Shown: positions 28,389 to 40,993, counted from the whole stretch's first letter. The stretch: DNA of 63,458 nt, filler included, from Klebsormidium nitens (GCA_000708835.1; 8 parts of 8 records of this genome joined end to end with filler, not necessarily neighbours in it); one strand, 5' to 3'. The notes: generated by a model from the sequence alone, not told the origin. Numbers and translations are program-made.

Positions 28389-31300
28389 CTACCTTCTCGG
28401 ATTGATCATGCACTCCACCCCAGCGACCGGCTCCGGATTGAACCAACCGTACCGCTCATGCAGGCTCAACCAGATGGCGGGCGTCAACACGTGGGGATGC
28501 TTGAATTTGCCGCCGCTCCTCGAGGCCATATGGAGCTCGATCCCGAGGCCCGCTCTGAGCACGTTCCCCACCGCATTCCGCTTCTGAGCCTTCTTCTCCC
28601 TCACTTTCCCTTCGGCAGCCTTCGACGGCCTGGTGGTCTGCTGCACAAAGCCGTAAAGGTTGAAGATGGTCTTCAAACGGGCCTTGTTGGGCCCGATGTG
28701 CTCCGCATAGGCAGCCTGCACGCGCTCATCTGAGACCTCCCACCGCTCCGCCTGATGATTCAGCTCCCCCTCCTCGCAACCCACGAGGAATGCAAGCACG
28801 CGGACCGCAAACGGCACACGGTTGACGGGGTCGCGCACTTCCTGGACGTACTCCTGAATCACGCCCTCCCCGTTGACCTGCCCAAGTGCTCTGTCCAGGT
28901 CCGCGGCGAGGGCGTCGAAGCGATGCTCACGAAACCTACAAGTCACAAAAAGCGTCAGAGGGGCAGCAATTTAAGACTTCGGACGTACGGCGTCGTTGCA
29001 GCTGAAGACTCGGAAGGAAACAAAAATGAGCGGAAACTTTGGCTCTGAACAGATGCTGCAGACTTGAAGTTCACCGATCGCTCACTTTCGATGGAAGTTG
29101 AAGGCGGCAGGAGGGCTTCGATTCTTGCTCAATAGACACGGCACGACTGGAATGCGGCGCTTACCTCAGATACTTTGCGTGGGCCTCTCTTGTTCCCTTC
29201 GCCTCGTCCTCGTCAGCGCAAAAGCGGGTGTAGAAGTCGTGATCAACCCGGCTGGGGTCGACCTTGATCTCCTTCGTGACCATCTCGAACAGGAACTCCT
29301 TGAGCTCCTCCTTCGGGCTCAGGTCCTCCGGCCTCTCGCACAAAATCTCGTATTGCTCCGAGTTGATGATGTACTTCGCTCGCCACTCTTCAGCGGTCAG
29401 GAGCTCTGGCTCCGCATCGAAGCCGAGGGGCACCTCCGGGGGCGGGCTCCCGAGGCCGTCCTGGAATAGAAATGGTGGGACACCCGATCATTCCACGGAA
29501 ACAAACACGATTTTCAACTGGTGGTAGGGTGAGCACTGAATATCGACTTGAAAACGATAAGCCCTGCAAGTTTTTAGCACGGCCTCATGACCAGCCGCAA
29601 CAAACCAGGCTGAGAGTTGGCAGACCCGGAACCAGCCTAACCACAGCACAAAAACCAGCCTGACCGCGCCCCCAGATCAGCCTGAGCACGGCCCCAAAAC
29701 CAGCCGCAAACCAGGACCAGGGGAACCTCGGAACCAGCCTAAACGAGCCCCAAACCAGCCTGACCGCGCCCCAAGACCAACTTGATCGCGGCTCCAAAAG
29801 TAGCCTCAAATCCAGGCCACAACAGATCCGAACCAGCCTGACTGGCGCGCCCTCAAAATCAGCGTGACTGCGCCCCCAAATTAGCTTGTTAACGGGCTCG
29901 AAACCTGCCCCGAAACCAGACCCACAGCGAACCCGGAACCAGCCTCACCGCGGCCACAAATCAGCCTGAAGCCCCAGCCCCAAACAGCTTGACCGCGCCC
30001 TGAAACCAAGCCCACACCAGACCAAAAGAAAGGCCCACAGTAGACGCCAAAACAGCCTGACCTTGGCCTAAGATCATGCTGACCGCGACCCCAAGAGCAG
30101 TCCGTTAGCTTGACCCTACTCGAGCCTACTTGATCATNNNNNNNNNNNNNNNNNNNNNNNNNNNNNNNNNNNNNNNNNNNNNNNNNNNNNNNNNNNNNNN
30201 NNNNNNNNNNNNNNNNNNNNNNNNNNNNNNNNNNNNNNNNNNNNNNNNNNNNNNNNNNNNNNNNNNNNNNNNNNNNNNNNNNNNNNNNNNNNNNNNNNNN
30301 NNNNNNNNNNNNNNNNNNNNNNNNNNNNCCCCAAACAGCTTGACCGCGCCCTGAAACCAAGCCCACACCAGACCAAAAGAAAGGCCCACAGTAGACGCCA
30401 AAACAGCCTGACCTTGGCCTAAGATCATGCTGACCGCGACCCCAAGAGCAGTCCGTTAGCTTGACCCTACTCGAGCCTACTTGATCATTGCAACCGAAAG
30501 GGCCACTTGACGGGCTTGACAATCTGCACCTCCTAATAGATTTGAATATACAGAACAACCTGTGCAACTTGTCGACCGAGCCATGCCGGGCGCTTTTCAG
30601 TTTCCGCATCACTACTCGGCAGTCTCACCGTTGGCTCGACGTGCTCGACCGTCACCTGGTAGCCCTGCTTTTCGAGGTCGGCCTTCAGCTTCGGCACGTA
30701 CTCCAGATAGCTTTCAACCTTGGCGAGGATGTTGTTTGCGTACAAGACGCAGCTCGCCGAGGAGCGGTCGCAGATGCCCTGCGAACCCCTCAGGAACTGG
30801 AAGCCGGCCGCGTCGCCGAGCATCTTGACGATCTGCTTGTCGTCCCGCTCGATGGCTTGAAAGACCGCCTCTGTAGAGCGCAGCAGGTCCACTGCAGTGC
30901 TCACCGCCTGCTTGTAGTAGATGGTGGAGTTAGTGACCGTTCGGAAGCGAGCATGCTGCTGGAGCATCGTCTCAACGGCGGGGCCGTTGAGGTTGTTGAG
31001 GGCGAAGGCGACCGTCTCCTCAGCGTACGGCTTCTCTTTCGAGACACCTGGGCCGAGCTTTGGAGAGAACGCCACACAGTCCGCTTCCAAGTAGGTGTCT
31101 GGGTCGGCCATCGCCTTCTGGAAGAACTCCTCGTCGGCTTTCGACCTCTTGTCGGCGTGCAGGAAGATGCCGCGTCGATCAGACTTGAGGGGCGGGTTCT
31201 CGATGTTGAAATGGTGTTCGAGGTGTTTCACGAAGCGCTTGGAGGTCGACGGGCACTGCGCAACAAGAGTCAAGAGCACGGCTGTTAGCTCCTAAACCAC

Positions 31301-34300
31301 AAAGGACCTATGGCAAGAGCAGATGATGCGACCTGCTGCGACCTGCTGCGACCGTTCTGACAGAGACCCGTTCGCAAAAGACAAACCGTGTAGTCTTTTA
31401 GCACGACACGGGACAGGCAGTGCCCACTTAGTACCCACTTGGCTTCCATCAGTAGTGGAATTTGCAAGGGCCAGACAACCAAACAGAGAAGATGCTTTGC
31501 ATGTCTGCCTTAAACCTTGGACATAGACGCTCTCTCACGGTGCTTGAGAAGATCACATGGATGTTCAAATCGAGCGCGCTGTGCACAAGGCTTGTTAGTG
31601 CAGGAAGGTCTGAAGGAAGAACTCACAACGACTTTCGTGCCTCGAGCGACACGGTCCAGCACATCCCGTACTGCGGCGTCGATGCAGTCGAGCAGCCCGC
31701 TCCCAAGCGGAAAGATCCGGATGGTCGCATGCCTCTCGGCCGGGTACAAGCCCGTGTTCCGGATGGTGTGGAGAACCGCATCCGGCCGCACCATGAAGAG
31801 GTACTCCATCACCCGTGCGCAGTCGATGTTGGCGTCCATTCCGATGACGACCTTCGATCCCCCAACAGCCGCCTCCAAGCAGGACAGCACCCGGCCCCGT
31901 TGGGACATGACCTCGGAGTTGAGGTTGGTGAGCACCATGTCCATCTCGTCCATCCCCACGAGGTCCATTTTGGCGCGCACGCGGTGAATGGAGTTGATGC
32001 AGATGACGGCGCGAGAGGCGGCGATTGGCCCCGGGGGCGCCTCCAGGTACAGCACCACGCCTTCCACGCCCGCCTCCACCAGGTCCTCGTGGTACTTGCG
32101 GGACAGCGAGATGTTAGCCCCGATCAGGACGAAGGAGAGGCCGGGGTTCAACTTGACCATGGCCACAAGCCACGCAATGAACTCCTTCGACTTTCCGACC
32201 CCCTTCTTGGCCGAAATCAGGATGGTTCGCTTGCGCACGTGAGCGAGCTTGAACGCGGGGTAGGGGCGCATTCCCAGGTTCTCCTCGTAGTCCTCCGTCC
32301 ATCCCAGCGTGGTGAGGATGTCCAGGGGCAGCACGCGGCACTCGCCCCTGCAAAGAGGGAACAAGAGGCGCTCTCAACAACAGCCCAAGCACCTTAACAC
32401 GATGCGGGGTACACGATGCGGGGTATTGAAATGTCTATTAGACCAATTGGCCGAATCCAGTCTGAGGCGCCCTTAAGAGAGCTTGATCGAGGCCCTTAAC
32501 CTAGCCGGGTTGCGGCTTCGAACGAGGCTTGACTACAACCTTACTACAGCCTTTCCGATTCAGCCTCACCACGCCCCAAAAAAAGCGCGATCGCGGCCCC
32601 CCAACCAGCCTGACCGCAGCCTCGAACCTAAGCCCACAGCAGACCCGCGACCAGGCCCACAGCGTAGCAAAAGCAGCCTCACCGTGGCTTGGAAGATGCC
32701 TGAAACCTGACCCTGGCCTTGAAAATTGTACCATCTAAGTTTCATTGTGAAGAACGGCCTGTGCAGATTGACGGCCGAGCCATGCCGTGCGCTTTCTTGG
32801 AATACAGAGCCGATCAACTCAGCGAAGAGGCCTGACAGATTGCACCGACTGACAAGGGTGAATGTAAAGAACGGTCTGTGCAGATTGACGGCCGAGCCAT
32901 GCCGTGCGCTTTCGTGAAGTACAGAGCCGATCCAACTCGAAGAGCTTGACAAACTGCACTGACTTACAAGCATGAATGTAAAGAACGGCCTGTGCAAATT
33001 GACGGCCGAGCCATGCTTGCCGCTTCTCTGAAACTGCTAGACCCAGTTTCAGAGAAGCTTTCAAAGAGCTTGACAAAGTGCATTGCTTTAAGAGGCTTCG
33101 GTGTATAGACCCTCGTGCAGATTGACAGCCCAGGGCCAGGCTTGATGCTTCCACATCTTGCTGAGCCGGTCAACCTTGAAAGAGCTCGAAAATCTGCACC
33201 ACCTTTTAAACTCGAATGTAAAGAGCGACCAATGCAACTTGTCGGCCGAGCCATGCCGGCCGCTTTTCAGGCTTCAGCTCACTACAAGGGCGCCTCACCT
33301 GCAGTTGTTGGCAAAGCACTGGTAGCGGGCGATGCGCGGCTCGTCCCGCTTGTATATCAGGTACGGGTTCTGGTTGCCGGGGGACGTGTGGCGCCTGCCC
33401 GCGATGACGCACGTGGGCTCGGGCGCGCGAAAGTGGACGAAGAACAGCCCCGGCCGCTCCTGCACCACCCGGTTGATCTCGACCCCTGCGTGGTCCTCCT
33501 GGTAGCGGGCGAGGAGGACGGCCCGCTCTTGCGCGCTCAGGTCCTCGCGGGGCCCCTCCGAGGTGCTCGCCTCATCGAGGGCGAGCGCCCTCTGCCGGAA
33601 GGCCCCCACGCGGGCCGGGGCAGGAGGGTCGCGCCGCGCGGTCGCCCACTCTCCGAGAAGGTCGCCGCTGATCTCGGTGGAACCAGCCAGCTCCGCTTCC
33701 GAGTAAAGGCAGACCAGGTGGTCAGCGATCGCCTCGGAGCTGCCCTCGCAGGGGACGAGGGCGCGAAGACGGTCCCCAAACTTGGAGGACCTGAGCATTC
33801 GGAAGCAGCGATGTTGCCCGTAGACGGACCCGTCCCAGATGTAGGCGGATCCGCCGTCCTTCCGCAGGAGCTCAGCACTCGGCTTTAGGTCGTCCGGGGG
33901 ATTCTCCAAGAAGCACCCAAAGGCCTTCCCGAATGCCCTCCTGGCTTCCAGCCCCCTCAGGCAGAACCCCTCCAGCACCTCGTGCACGCTGTACTTGAAC
34001 TCTTGCTTCGGGGGCCGCGCTGAACCGTGCGCCTCGCAAGCTTGGAAACGGAGCGCACCCTCGGGGACGTTCAGCACCGAGGTTAGAAACCGGTCCCTGA
34101 CCAGGTGGAAAGCCTCCAGGCGCCGTTCGAAGTCGCTCGGGTCCTCGGTTGGGAGCGAAAAGTCCAGGTCGAAGTAGATGCGCCAGCAGGCATCGTCCTG
34201 GATGAGCTCGTACAGGTGCGCAAACAGCCCGAGCGACCTCCGGTGCGCCACCAAGGCCGCGACATCCTTGAAGCTGCCGTAGCGCTTTGCCCCCTCCTGG

Positions 34301-35106
34301 TGCACATCCTCCGCCACCACAATTGCACGCCCGTTTGCCCGCCGTTGCCGGAGTGCCTCCACTAGCTTCTTGCACCAGCCGGGCCCACTATCTTCGACCG
34401 ACGCAGCCTGAGGGGGATCCCCAAGCAGCTGCGCGGCAGGCTCCGAGGGCGGAAGTGCGGACGACAGCTCTGCGGACGGCTCCGCTGTAGCGGGCCAGCT
34501 TGTGTCCGCTGCCCGGGGCTGGTTTGGCGGGTCGGCTGCAAGCGCCTGGTCGACGGGCGGCTGCTCTTGGTGGGTGGGGGAAGGGGAAGGGGCAGCTGCT
34601 GGGGGCTGACTGGGAACCACCTCGGGCTGTGCTTTTTCGAGGGGGGGCGGGGCTATGATCGGGGGCTCTTCGGGCTGGTCAGCGAGGGGGGGAGAGGGTG
34701 GGTGCCCGGGGGAGGGGGGCTCATCATGGGGTTGCGAGAGGGAGGGGGAAGGCAAACCCGGATCCGCGTCTATAGGGGGCTGGTCGGCCGGCGGCGACGG
34801 CGGGGCCCGTTCGTCTTCCACGGCCGGTGAAGAGGGGGCTCCTGTGGGGGTCTGCTCCGCGCTCGGGGGGGAATCTTCCCCCCGAGAAGGGAGGACGACA
34901 GGGGGCAGAGAGGAGGAAGGGCTCGGGTCCTGGTCCATGGTGCGGGCCAGGGCATCCCCCGTCCCACGTGGAGCACCCAGGGGTCGCACGCGCCCATAGC
35001 TTTTCAGCCGCTTCTCTCGTGCGGCCGCCTCTTCGGCGTCCCGTTTGGCTCTCAGGCGATCGACCAGGGCCCCGACGTCTGGGATGGGAGCGTCGGTCAC
35101 CAGCGC
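28389..35106 (-). CDS. Spliced AEP/PrimPol primase - Zn finger - UL9-like (origin-binding) SF2 helicase fusion, ~1,330 codons
   Basis: Exons 35106-33299, 32347-31627, 31255-30629, 29460-29165 and 28935-28389 join in phase at canonical GT-AG sites (3,999 nt). AEP motifs YELI...IYFDLDF, KYSVH, DGSVYGQHRCFRMLRSSK; Zn finger C..GRRH...N...C...C; Walker A AKKGVGKS; motif II MDEMD; MDANID; FSPKLGPGVS; QQHARFR. The first in-frame ATG is at 34938; further 5' exons are possible. Confidence 0.85.
29590..30486 (+). repeat. Intronic degenerate satellite (AACCAGCCTGACCGCGCCCC-like units), spanning a gap with duplicated flanks
   Basis: Many variant units. The sequence at ~29980-30137 recurs at 30329-30486 across the N gap 30138-30328. 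Confidence 0.85.
32570..32720 (+). repeat. Second intronic patch of the CCAGCCTGACCGC satellite
   Basis: CCAACCAGCCTGACCGCAGCC, CAGCCTCACC and CCTGACCCTGGCCT are shared with 29590-30486. Confidence 0.65.
32745..33290 (+). repeat. Intronic tandem array, ~5 units of ~115-125 bp, homologous to the 27590-28140 array
   Basis: Units AATGTAAAGAACGGCCTGTGCA(G/A)ATTGACGGCCGAGCCATGCC near 32745, 32861, 32976, 33101 and 33215; one more copy at ~30505-30615. Confidence 0.85.
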
Positions 35107-35299
35107 CTGCGCCAAAATAGTCGAAAGGGTTCGAATTCATGTTCAAGAGTAAGCCAGGTCAGGCATTTATGGTCAGGCTTGCAACCCTACAACGCCCTTA
35201 TTGCAGCAAGGCCGCATGTTTGACAGCACTTGAAGCCTCTAACGAAAGACCGCCAGCTACACCAGGCTGCCTGCCAAGGTGTTGTGGAACAGTATGCGC

Positions 35300-38200
35300 A
35301 CGAGCTGATCAAGCGACGTCAACAGCGGCAAATACAGGTGCATGCACAGAAGTCCACTCGGCCGCTTCAGGACAAAGGTATGCTCCACGGCAACTTACGA
35401 CGGGGCGTGCACGAGGCGGGCCTTCGAAATCACCCAGCTCGGTTTGATGAACGGCTTGCCCCTCGCGCTGCGTTCTAGATGTCCTCAATGCCCCCACAGC
35501 TTGCAGATGAGCTGCCGCAGCCGCTCGACCGGCCGCCCGAGCTGCCTCTTCCATGGTAGTAGGATTCGCTTTTGCCCTTTTGCTGAAGATGCGCAAGAAG
35601 AGAGAGCATATCAAACGCTCTGAAAATGCAGACCACTGTTGGGCAACGGCTTGCTACTTGCGAGATTTGGAAGAACTCAGAGGTAATCAAGTGAGCCCCG
35701 AGGGATGCCCTTGCTGCTCATAGTGCCTAAGGAAGCAACTGAAGGCATCCGGCACACAAGTATCACCTTTGTGTCGGAGATGAGAAGTCCAGAGAAATAC
35801 CCGGGTCAAAGAACTTACCGCCGCTTCTTTGAGGCCGGCCGATCAGTCTTTTGGGCCCGCGGCGTTGACGTCCTTGCTTCGCTGACCTGGTTCCGTTCCT
35901 GAAGTCCAATAAGATTACAAATGGGTGAGCTTTTGGGAGCGCACGTGGTCAGCAACCGCGGCGGTAAGAATGCCCATGGGCGTGGTAGGCTGGGCTCCAA
36001 AGAGGCGCAAAATACTCGATGCCAACAAGCCTCGAGGAATTGAAGCGTTGCTGGTGCATGCAAAAGTTGAGGTTTGGCAGCAGTGTGTCCTTCTTAAAGG
36101 GCCATGGTCGTGCCGGGCCCTGCCTTGCGCGCACAAATATGCAAGTGAAAGACCTGAACACTTTCAGATTCTAGCAGAGAGTTTAGAAGCACCAATACCT
36201 CCTTGGAAGGAAGCGATGGGCTCACCAGGTCGGGCGCTGTGGGTACGGACTACGCCTTTCCGGCAGCTCCTGCTCTCGGGCCTCGGCACCATCGCTGCGG
36301 CGGCAAGAAGCAGTCAACCTCTGACGACTCACTATGCGAAAGTGTACGCGGAGACGAACGAGCACATTTTGAGACCGGGTCGAGGAATGGATTTGGGACC
36401 GGATTGAACTCCAAATCAAAGCATCCGATTCGGGGTCGCAATTGGAACCTGTTTCTTGATCATGCTGAAAGAGTTCATCAACTGCAGCGCCATCGGAATT
36501 AAAGTGAGGCAATCCTAGAGCAGGGCCTCACGTTTCTAGACGCTCCAGATCTGGCGAGGAGAGTGGGCCGAACGTCTCCTCCTCTCTCGCCACCCAAGCC
36601 TCTCGCTGCTGTCTGCTCTCTGCAAAGAAGTCGGCAACCACTCGCTCCTGCATGGCCATGCCAGCGCCCATCGCGGCGGCTGCCCGCGGCCCGCTCGGAC
36701 GATCCACTGAGGTCCTCCTCAAGCTCTCCGGCCTCCCTAATATCGAGGAGAAGGAGAGCAGGATTAGAGAGTTCGGACGTCATACAGGCTGATGACTTGA
36801 TGCAGATGCAATCACTGAAACAGTCTCGCTGTGTTGCGCACTGTTCGTAACAAGGCAATTGACAAAAACGGATGACCGACCTCATGGGCGATGCGTGTTT
36901 TGAATCCTGGCACAGGTGCTTACCGTGTGCGCGCGCCAGTAGTCGGTTCGATCACGCTGCCTGTGGCGAGGTCTGTAGGGGCTCCGCCTTCAAGTTCAGA
37001 GAGCTTGAAGAGTCTCCTCCTTCCCCTCCTCTTTGACGAAACCTGCACACCAAGCCCCTTTCCACTAAACCGGATGATGTATTTGAGACCCACGTGCTGA
37101 CTAGCTTACCTGAAGCAACGACCGAAACCTGGCAGCATGGTCATGAAGTGCAGCTTCAGAAGCTCCCCAATTCGTGGAGCGTGGAGGGAAGTACATCGAA
37201 CCTGTGGGGGCTCTTACCTGCTCTGGCGGCCTCTTCGTGCCGACACCGGATCCCGAACTCTGCGATTGGTCCGCGCTGGCGTGTCGCCGATCCTCAGGGC
37301 CGTCCCTTGCCTGCAACAGGGATGCGCACACAGTCTGTAGGACTTCGAACCTAGCTGGGGCGTTTGACCCTAAAACCCGAAACCCTAAAAACACACAGCA
37401 TCGTTGCGAGTCGAGTCATGTGGCAGGACCGCGGTCAATTACACATTGCTCGGAACCAAGCTGACCTAACGGAGTGGGGAGCCAGATGCATGGGCTGACA
37501 ACTTGCACCTCGGGTTTTATACAATCGCTTTTTCGAGCCAGTGCAAATTGTCTAGGGCCTGGTCCAGAAACACTGCCCGATCGCTGCCGTCAATCTGCAC
37601 CTCGGATGTTAAACACTCACTTCTTCCAGCCTGTGCAAATTGTCTGGGCCCTGATCCATGAACAACAATGACTCTAAAAACACTCCCTGACGGGTGCTTG
37701 CTCACATCATGAGGAGGCGGCTGAGCGACTACTCCGGCCGCCCCGACGTTGCGTACTGGCATGTCGCCTCCCGATGCTAGGGGACTGTTCCCTTCGGTCG
37801 ATGGGAACCCCGGATTGCTCTCGACCCCGCCGATAATCAAGAGCTTTGCTGCAAAAGGGTCAACGGACGAATTAAACTTCCTCGACGTCCATCAATCTAG
37901 ACCCTGATCCGCTCACACGACCTTCAAAGAAGAGCGGCTAACCTTGAAGAGCAGGCAGCTTTCACCGAAAGTTTCTGCAATCGAACAAGCTGGATCAGTC
38001 TCCAATTGAGTGTTCTGCTACCGGGTCGAGCTGAATAAAGACCTGACTTGGTCTCTCTTCACTAAGTGACCTGACACGCGCTAGACTTGGTGCCAAGGCA
38101 TCAGAATGACTTACCGATCAGGTCTCTGCTTTTGGGAGTTGAATCCCACCAGTACTCGTTCTCGTGCCATTCGTTGCAACCTGTGGAGAAGAGAGGTGGT

Positions 38201-39150
38201 GATTGAATCGCGCATAACACAGGGAGGACTCGCAGCACTCAGCACAAGCTCAAATGAATTCGAGCTTTACGAGCATTCTCAGGGTAACCGGGAGACAGCA
38301 TAGAGGAGAGCCTGGCAGACTGCCCGTAGTTGCGCTGGCAGCAAGATTTAAGCTGGACCGAATCAAGGGTCGTCAAAGCAAGAGGCACAAATCCGCGGCT
38401 TTAGAGGCTTACAAACCCTCACCCCGATTGCCCTTGAGCCGCGCCTCCTCGTCGAGCGACCGCGCTAGCTCTCTCTTCAACTTGTACACTTCGCAGTCAA
38501 GTGCCCACTCTGAAAAATAAGGCACGAAGAACATGATTTTCCAAGTGACAAGCGCTCACATGCAGAACATGTCCAGGCTGTGGACGATAGCCACTGTGTA
38601 CACTTGCAAACTTGCAGATTCGCATGCTTGGGCCTAGCACAGCTCTTGGACGAGTGACCTCAAATTGTGGAGGCCATAGTGCGCCGGCACAACGGCACCC
38701 GCATAGAACTCACCTGCCCGGGCCGTCTCAATCTGGAAGCAGCCAGGTTTGAACAGGCGATGCACACCGCAGAAGTATTTGAAATTGCCCCCTTCCTTGC
38801 CCCCGCGCATCGCAAAGGTCGCGGGGTTGCTGCAATCTCCGCAGAGGAGGCTGTGTGGAACTGGAAGGGAAAGCACGAAGAGTTGGGATGAGAGTCGAGA
38901 CACCTGTGAAACTCATGTGAACGTAGAGGCTCGCATTCTCGTAGCACTGGCCGCGGACATGGGAGCTCTGCACAGACTTTGCAAACTCCGGGACCCTAAA
39001 GCAAGAGTGCCCCCCCAAGCTTTGGACCTGACTCACGCAAAGGCCCAATCGGGTACTTCGGTCAGACTGGCCCGATTTAGGTGCCGCTCCTCACCTTTGT
39101 CCCCAAAGAGGTAGCTGGTCAGTTCCTCCCTCGCTCTCCTCGCTCTCCTG
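35300..39150 (-). CDS. Unresolved multi-exon hypothetical gene upstream of (possibly continuous with) the primase-helicase
   Basis: A string of short exon-like segments with GT-AG ends, including CGDCSNPATFAMRGGKEGGNFKYFCGVH (C2-CH Zn-finger-like) and LLIIGGVESNPGFP (2A-like). The model could not be closed. Confidence 0.3.
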
Positions 39151-39221
39151 GATGCGCCACCAGCTGGGGGCCGGGCCTGGCTCGTGGCAGCTGGGCTCGC
39201 GTGCGCTGGGCTCGCAGCAGT

Positions 39222-39321
39222 NNNNNNNNNNNNNNNNNNNNNNNNNNNNNNNNNNNNNNNNNNNNTTAATTAATTAANNNNNNNNNNNNNNNNNNNNNNN
39301 NNNNNNNNNNNNNNNNNNNNN
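39222..39321. other. Artificial contig linker
   Basis: TTAATTAATTAA at 39266-39277 within Ns. Confidence 0.97.
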
Positions 39322-40123
39322 TAGCTACCGGGGGAGTCCCCACAGGGGGCTCGGGAAAGCTAGCGCCGTTACAAAACGAAACAGATATGGGGCGGGGGGG
39401 GTCGTGGATTGGAGGGGGAAAGAACGGGGCCTCGCACAGAGGGGATGGAGCTAACGTTGAAGGGAGGCGAGCCAGCAGAGGAACATCTGGGGAGCGCTGC
39501 ACGGGAAGACCCTCAGGGCATGGGGAATGCGGAAGTGCCTGAACCTCCAACAGTGACAAGGAAGCGTTCAAGGGTGAGCAGGCAATTCGGTGCGGCTCAA
39601 CACTTGCAGGCATCAACATACTCCTAAAGCTGTTATCTTCATACGAGACATCAGTCCTCACTGTCCATTTTGAAGGAAAGGAGGAATGGTCTCTGTTTTC
39701 GTGTTCTGGGTCTAAATTTGATTCAAAGCAAGAACAATGACATATGTCCTCTTTTGGGGCCCATGGATTGTCCGCTGTTCTTGGGCCATTTCTGAGCACT
39801 CTCGCATCTCTCATGCACCTCGTGCCCTTTCAATGTTATTGCAAGCTGCAAGCTTCTTCAAATACATGGCAACTACGGGTCCTCTTTCTTTGATTCCCTA
39901 TTTGTTACCCGGCTTCTGCTGAGTATTCTGGCGTCATCCAGCACCAAACTCTAAATCACTGATTGTTGTCAAGATAGCAAAGACCAAGCATCACAGAGTC
40001 AAACCGATTTTTAGACATCGCCTCTCAGGATAGCTGCCACCATACCCTCAAGCCATCTGTGCCCACTCAAGACCTCTCCTTACAAGCCAGAATGATCTGA
40101 CGTGTCACTTCGTTTTGTGACAG

Positions 40124-40993
40124 ATGCTCCGCGAGCTGGAAAGCCGCTTGAAAGACACAGAAGACACAGTTTCCTTCTCCCAAGGCCAAGGACAGGAAGA
40201 TCAGACCACAAGTCCCATCAGCAAGCCGGGCCGGCGGCGCGCGACACCTTCTCAATGGTGGGGCAATCAGATTAGCGCTCCCTGTCCTTACTCCAAAGAG
40301 AAGGCCCCTGGCAAGCGGAGGAAGGGTGTGAAAGCTCCAAAGTCGCCCGGTCAGCAGTCATCAAATGCAGCGGTGCCGGACGAGCAGCGGTGCAACAGGA
40401 GCGATGGGAAGAAGTGGCGGTGCAGCAAACAGCGCGCATTCGATCGCAAGGTGTGTGAGGATCACCGGCAGTCTCGAAAGAAGCCAAGCGCGCGCAAGGC
40501 GGGGACTAATTCGGGGACAGCGCGGAAAAAAGGACGGGGGCGGTCGGTCACAGATGCCGGCAGCCTGGGTGGCGAGGAAGGACAAGCTGATGGGAAAGCT
40601 CCTTCGGGGTTTGGAGGATCCAGGTCTGCAGGAGGAGTACGAGGGGCGCAAACTCAGGGGGGGGCAGAACGGGTTGTAAGAGGCTCGGCTGAGGTTGCGG
40701 AAGCAGGGCGGGCAAGGGGGGATGACGTCAGCAAGGGGCCGAACGGATCCGCAGGGACGCGCGTAAGGGCTTCGAAGAGGCGCTGGTGGGAGGCGAACGG
40801 ATCGGGGGCTACCGGAGAGAAGGGGAAGAGATTGGAGCAAAGCGAAGGTTCGGACGGCCTTCCACTCCTAAAGGAGGATGCTTCAGAAGGAGAAATTGTT
40901 GGAGCTAGGGCCAGCGATATTGGGGTTGGCGCCAATGAGACGGTGCCACGTGTCGATCAGAGCCGTTCAGAGGGCCCTCCTGGGCCCTCCTGA
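40124..40993 (+). CDS. WRC zinc-finger domain protein (exon; full gene model unresolved)
   Basis: EQRCNRSDGKKWRCSKQRAFDRKVCEDH matches WRC C-x9-C-x10-C-x2-H. The rest is low-complexity. Confidence 0.75.
   Translation: MLRELESRLKDTEDTVSFSQGQGQEDQTTSPISKPGRRRATPSQWWGNQISAPCPYSKEKAPGKRRKGVKAPKSPGQQSSNAAVPDEQRCNRSDGKKWRCSKQRAFDRKVCEDHRQSRKKPSARKAGTNSGTARKKGRGRSVTDAGSLGGEEGQADGKAPSGFGGSRSAGGVRGAQTQGGAERVVRGSAEVAEAGRARGDDVSKGPNGSAGTRVRASKRRWWEANGSGATGEKGKRLEQSEGSDGLPLLKEDASEGEIVGARASDIGVGANETVPRVDQSRSEGPPGPS

Noticed and set aside
29980-30486. Exact ~158-bp direct duplication flanking the N gap (ORF 29881-30612)
   Set aside because: Most likely overlapping contig ends left unmerged; the ORF through the Ns is an artefact.
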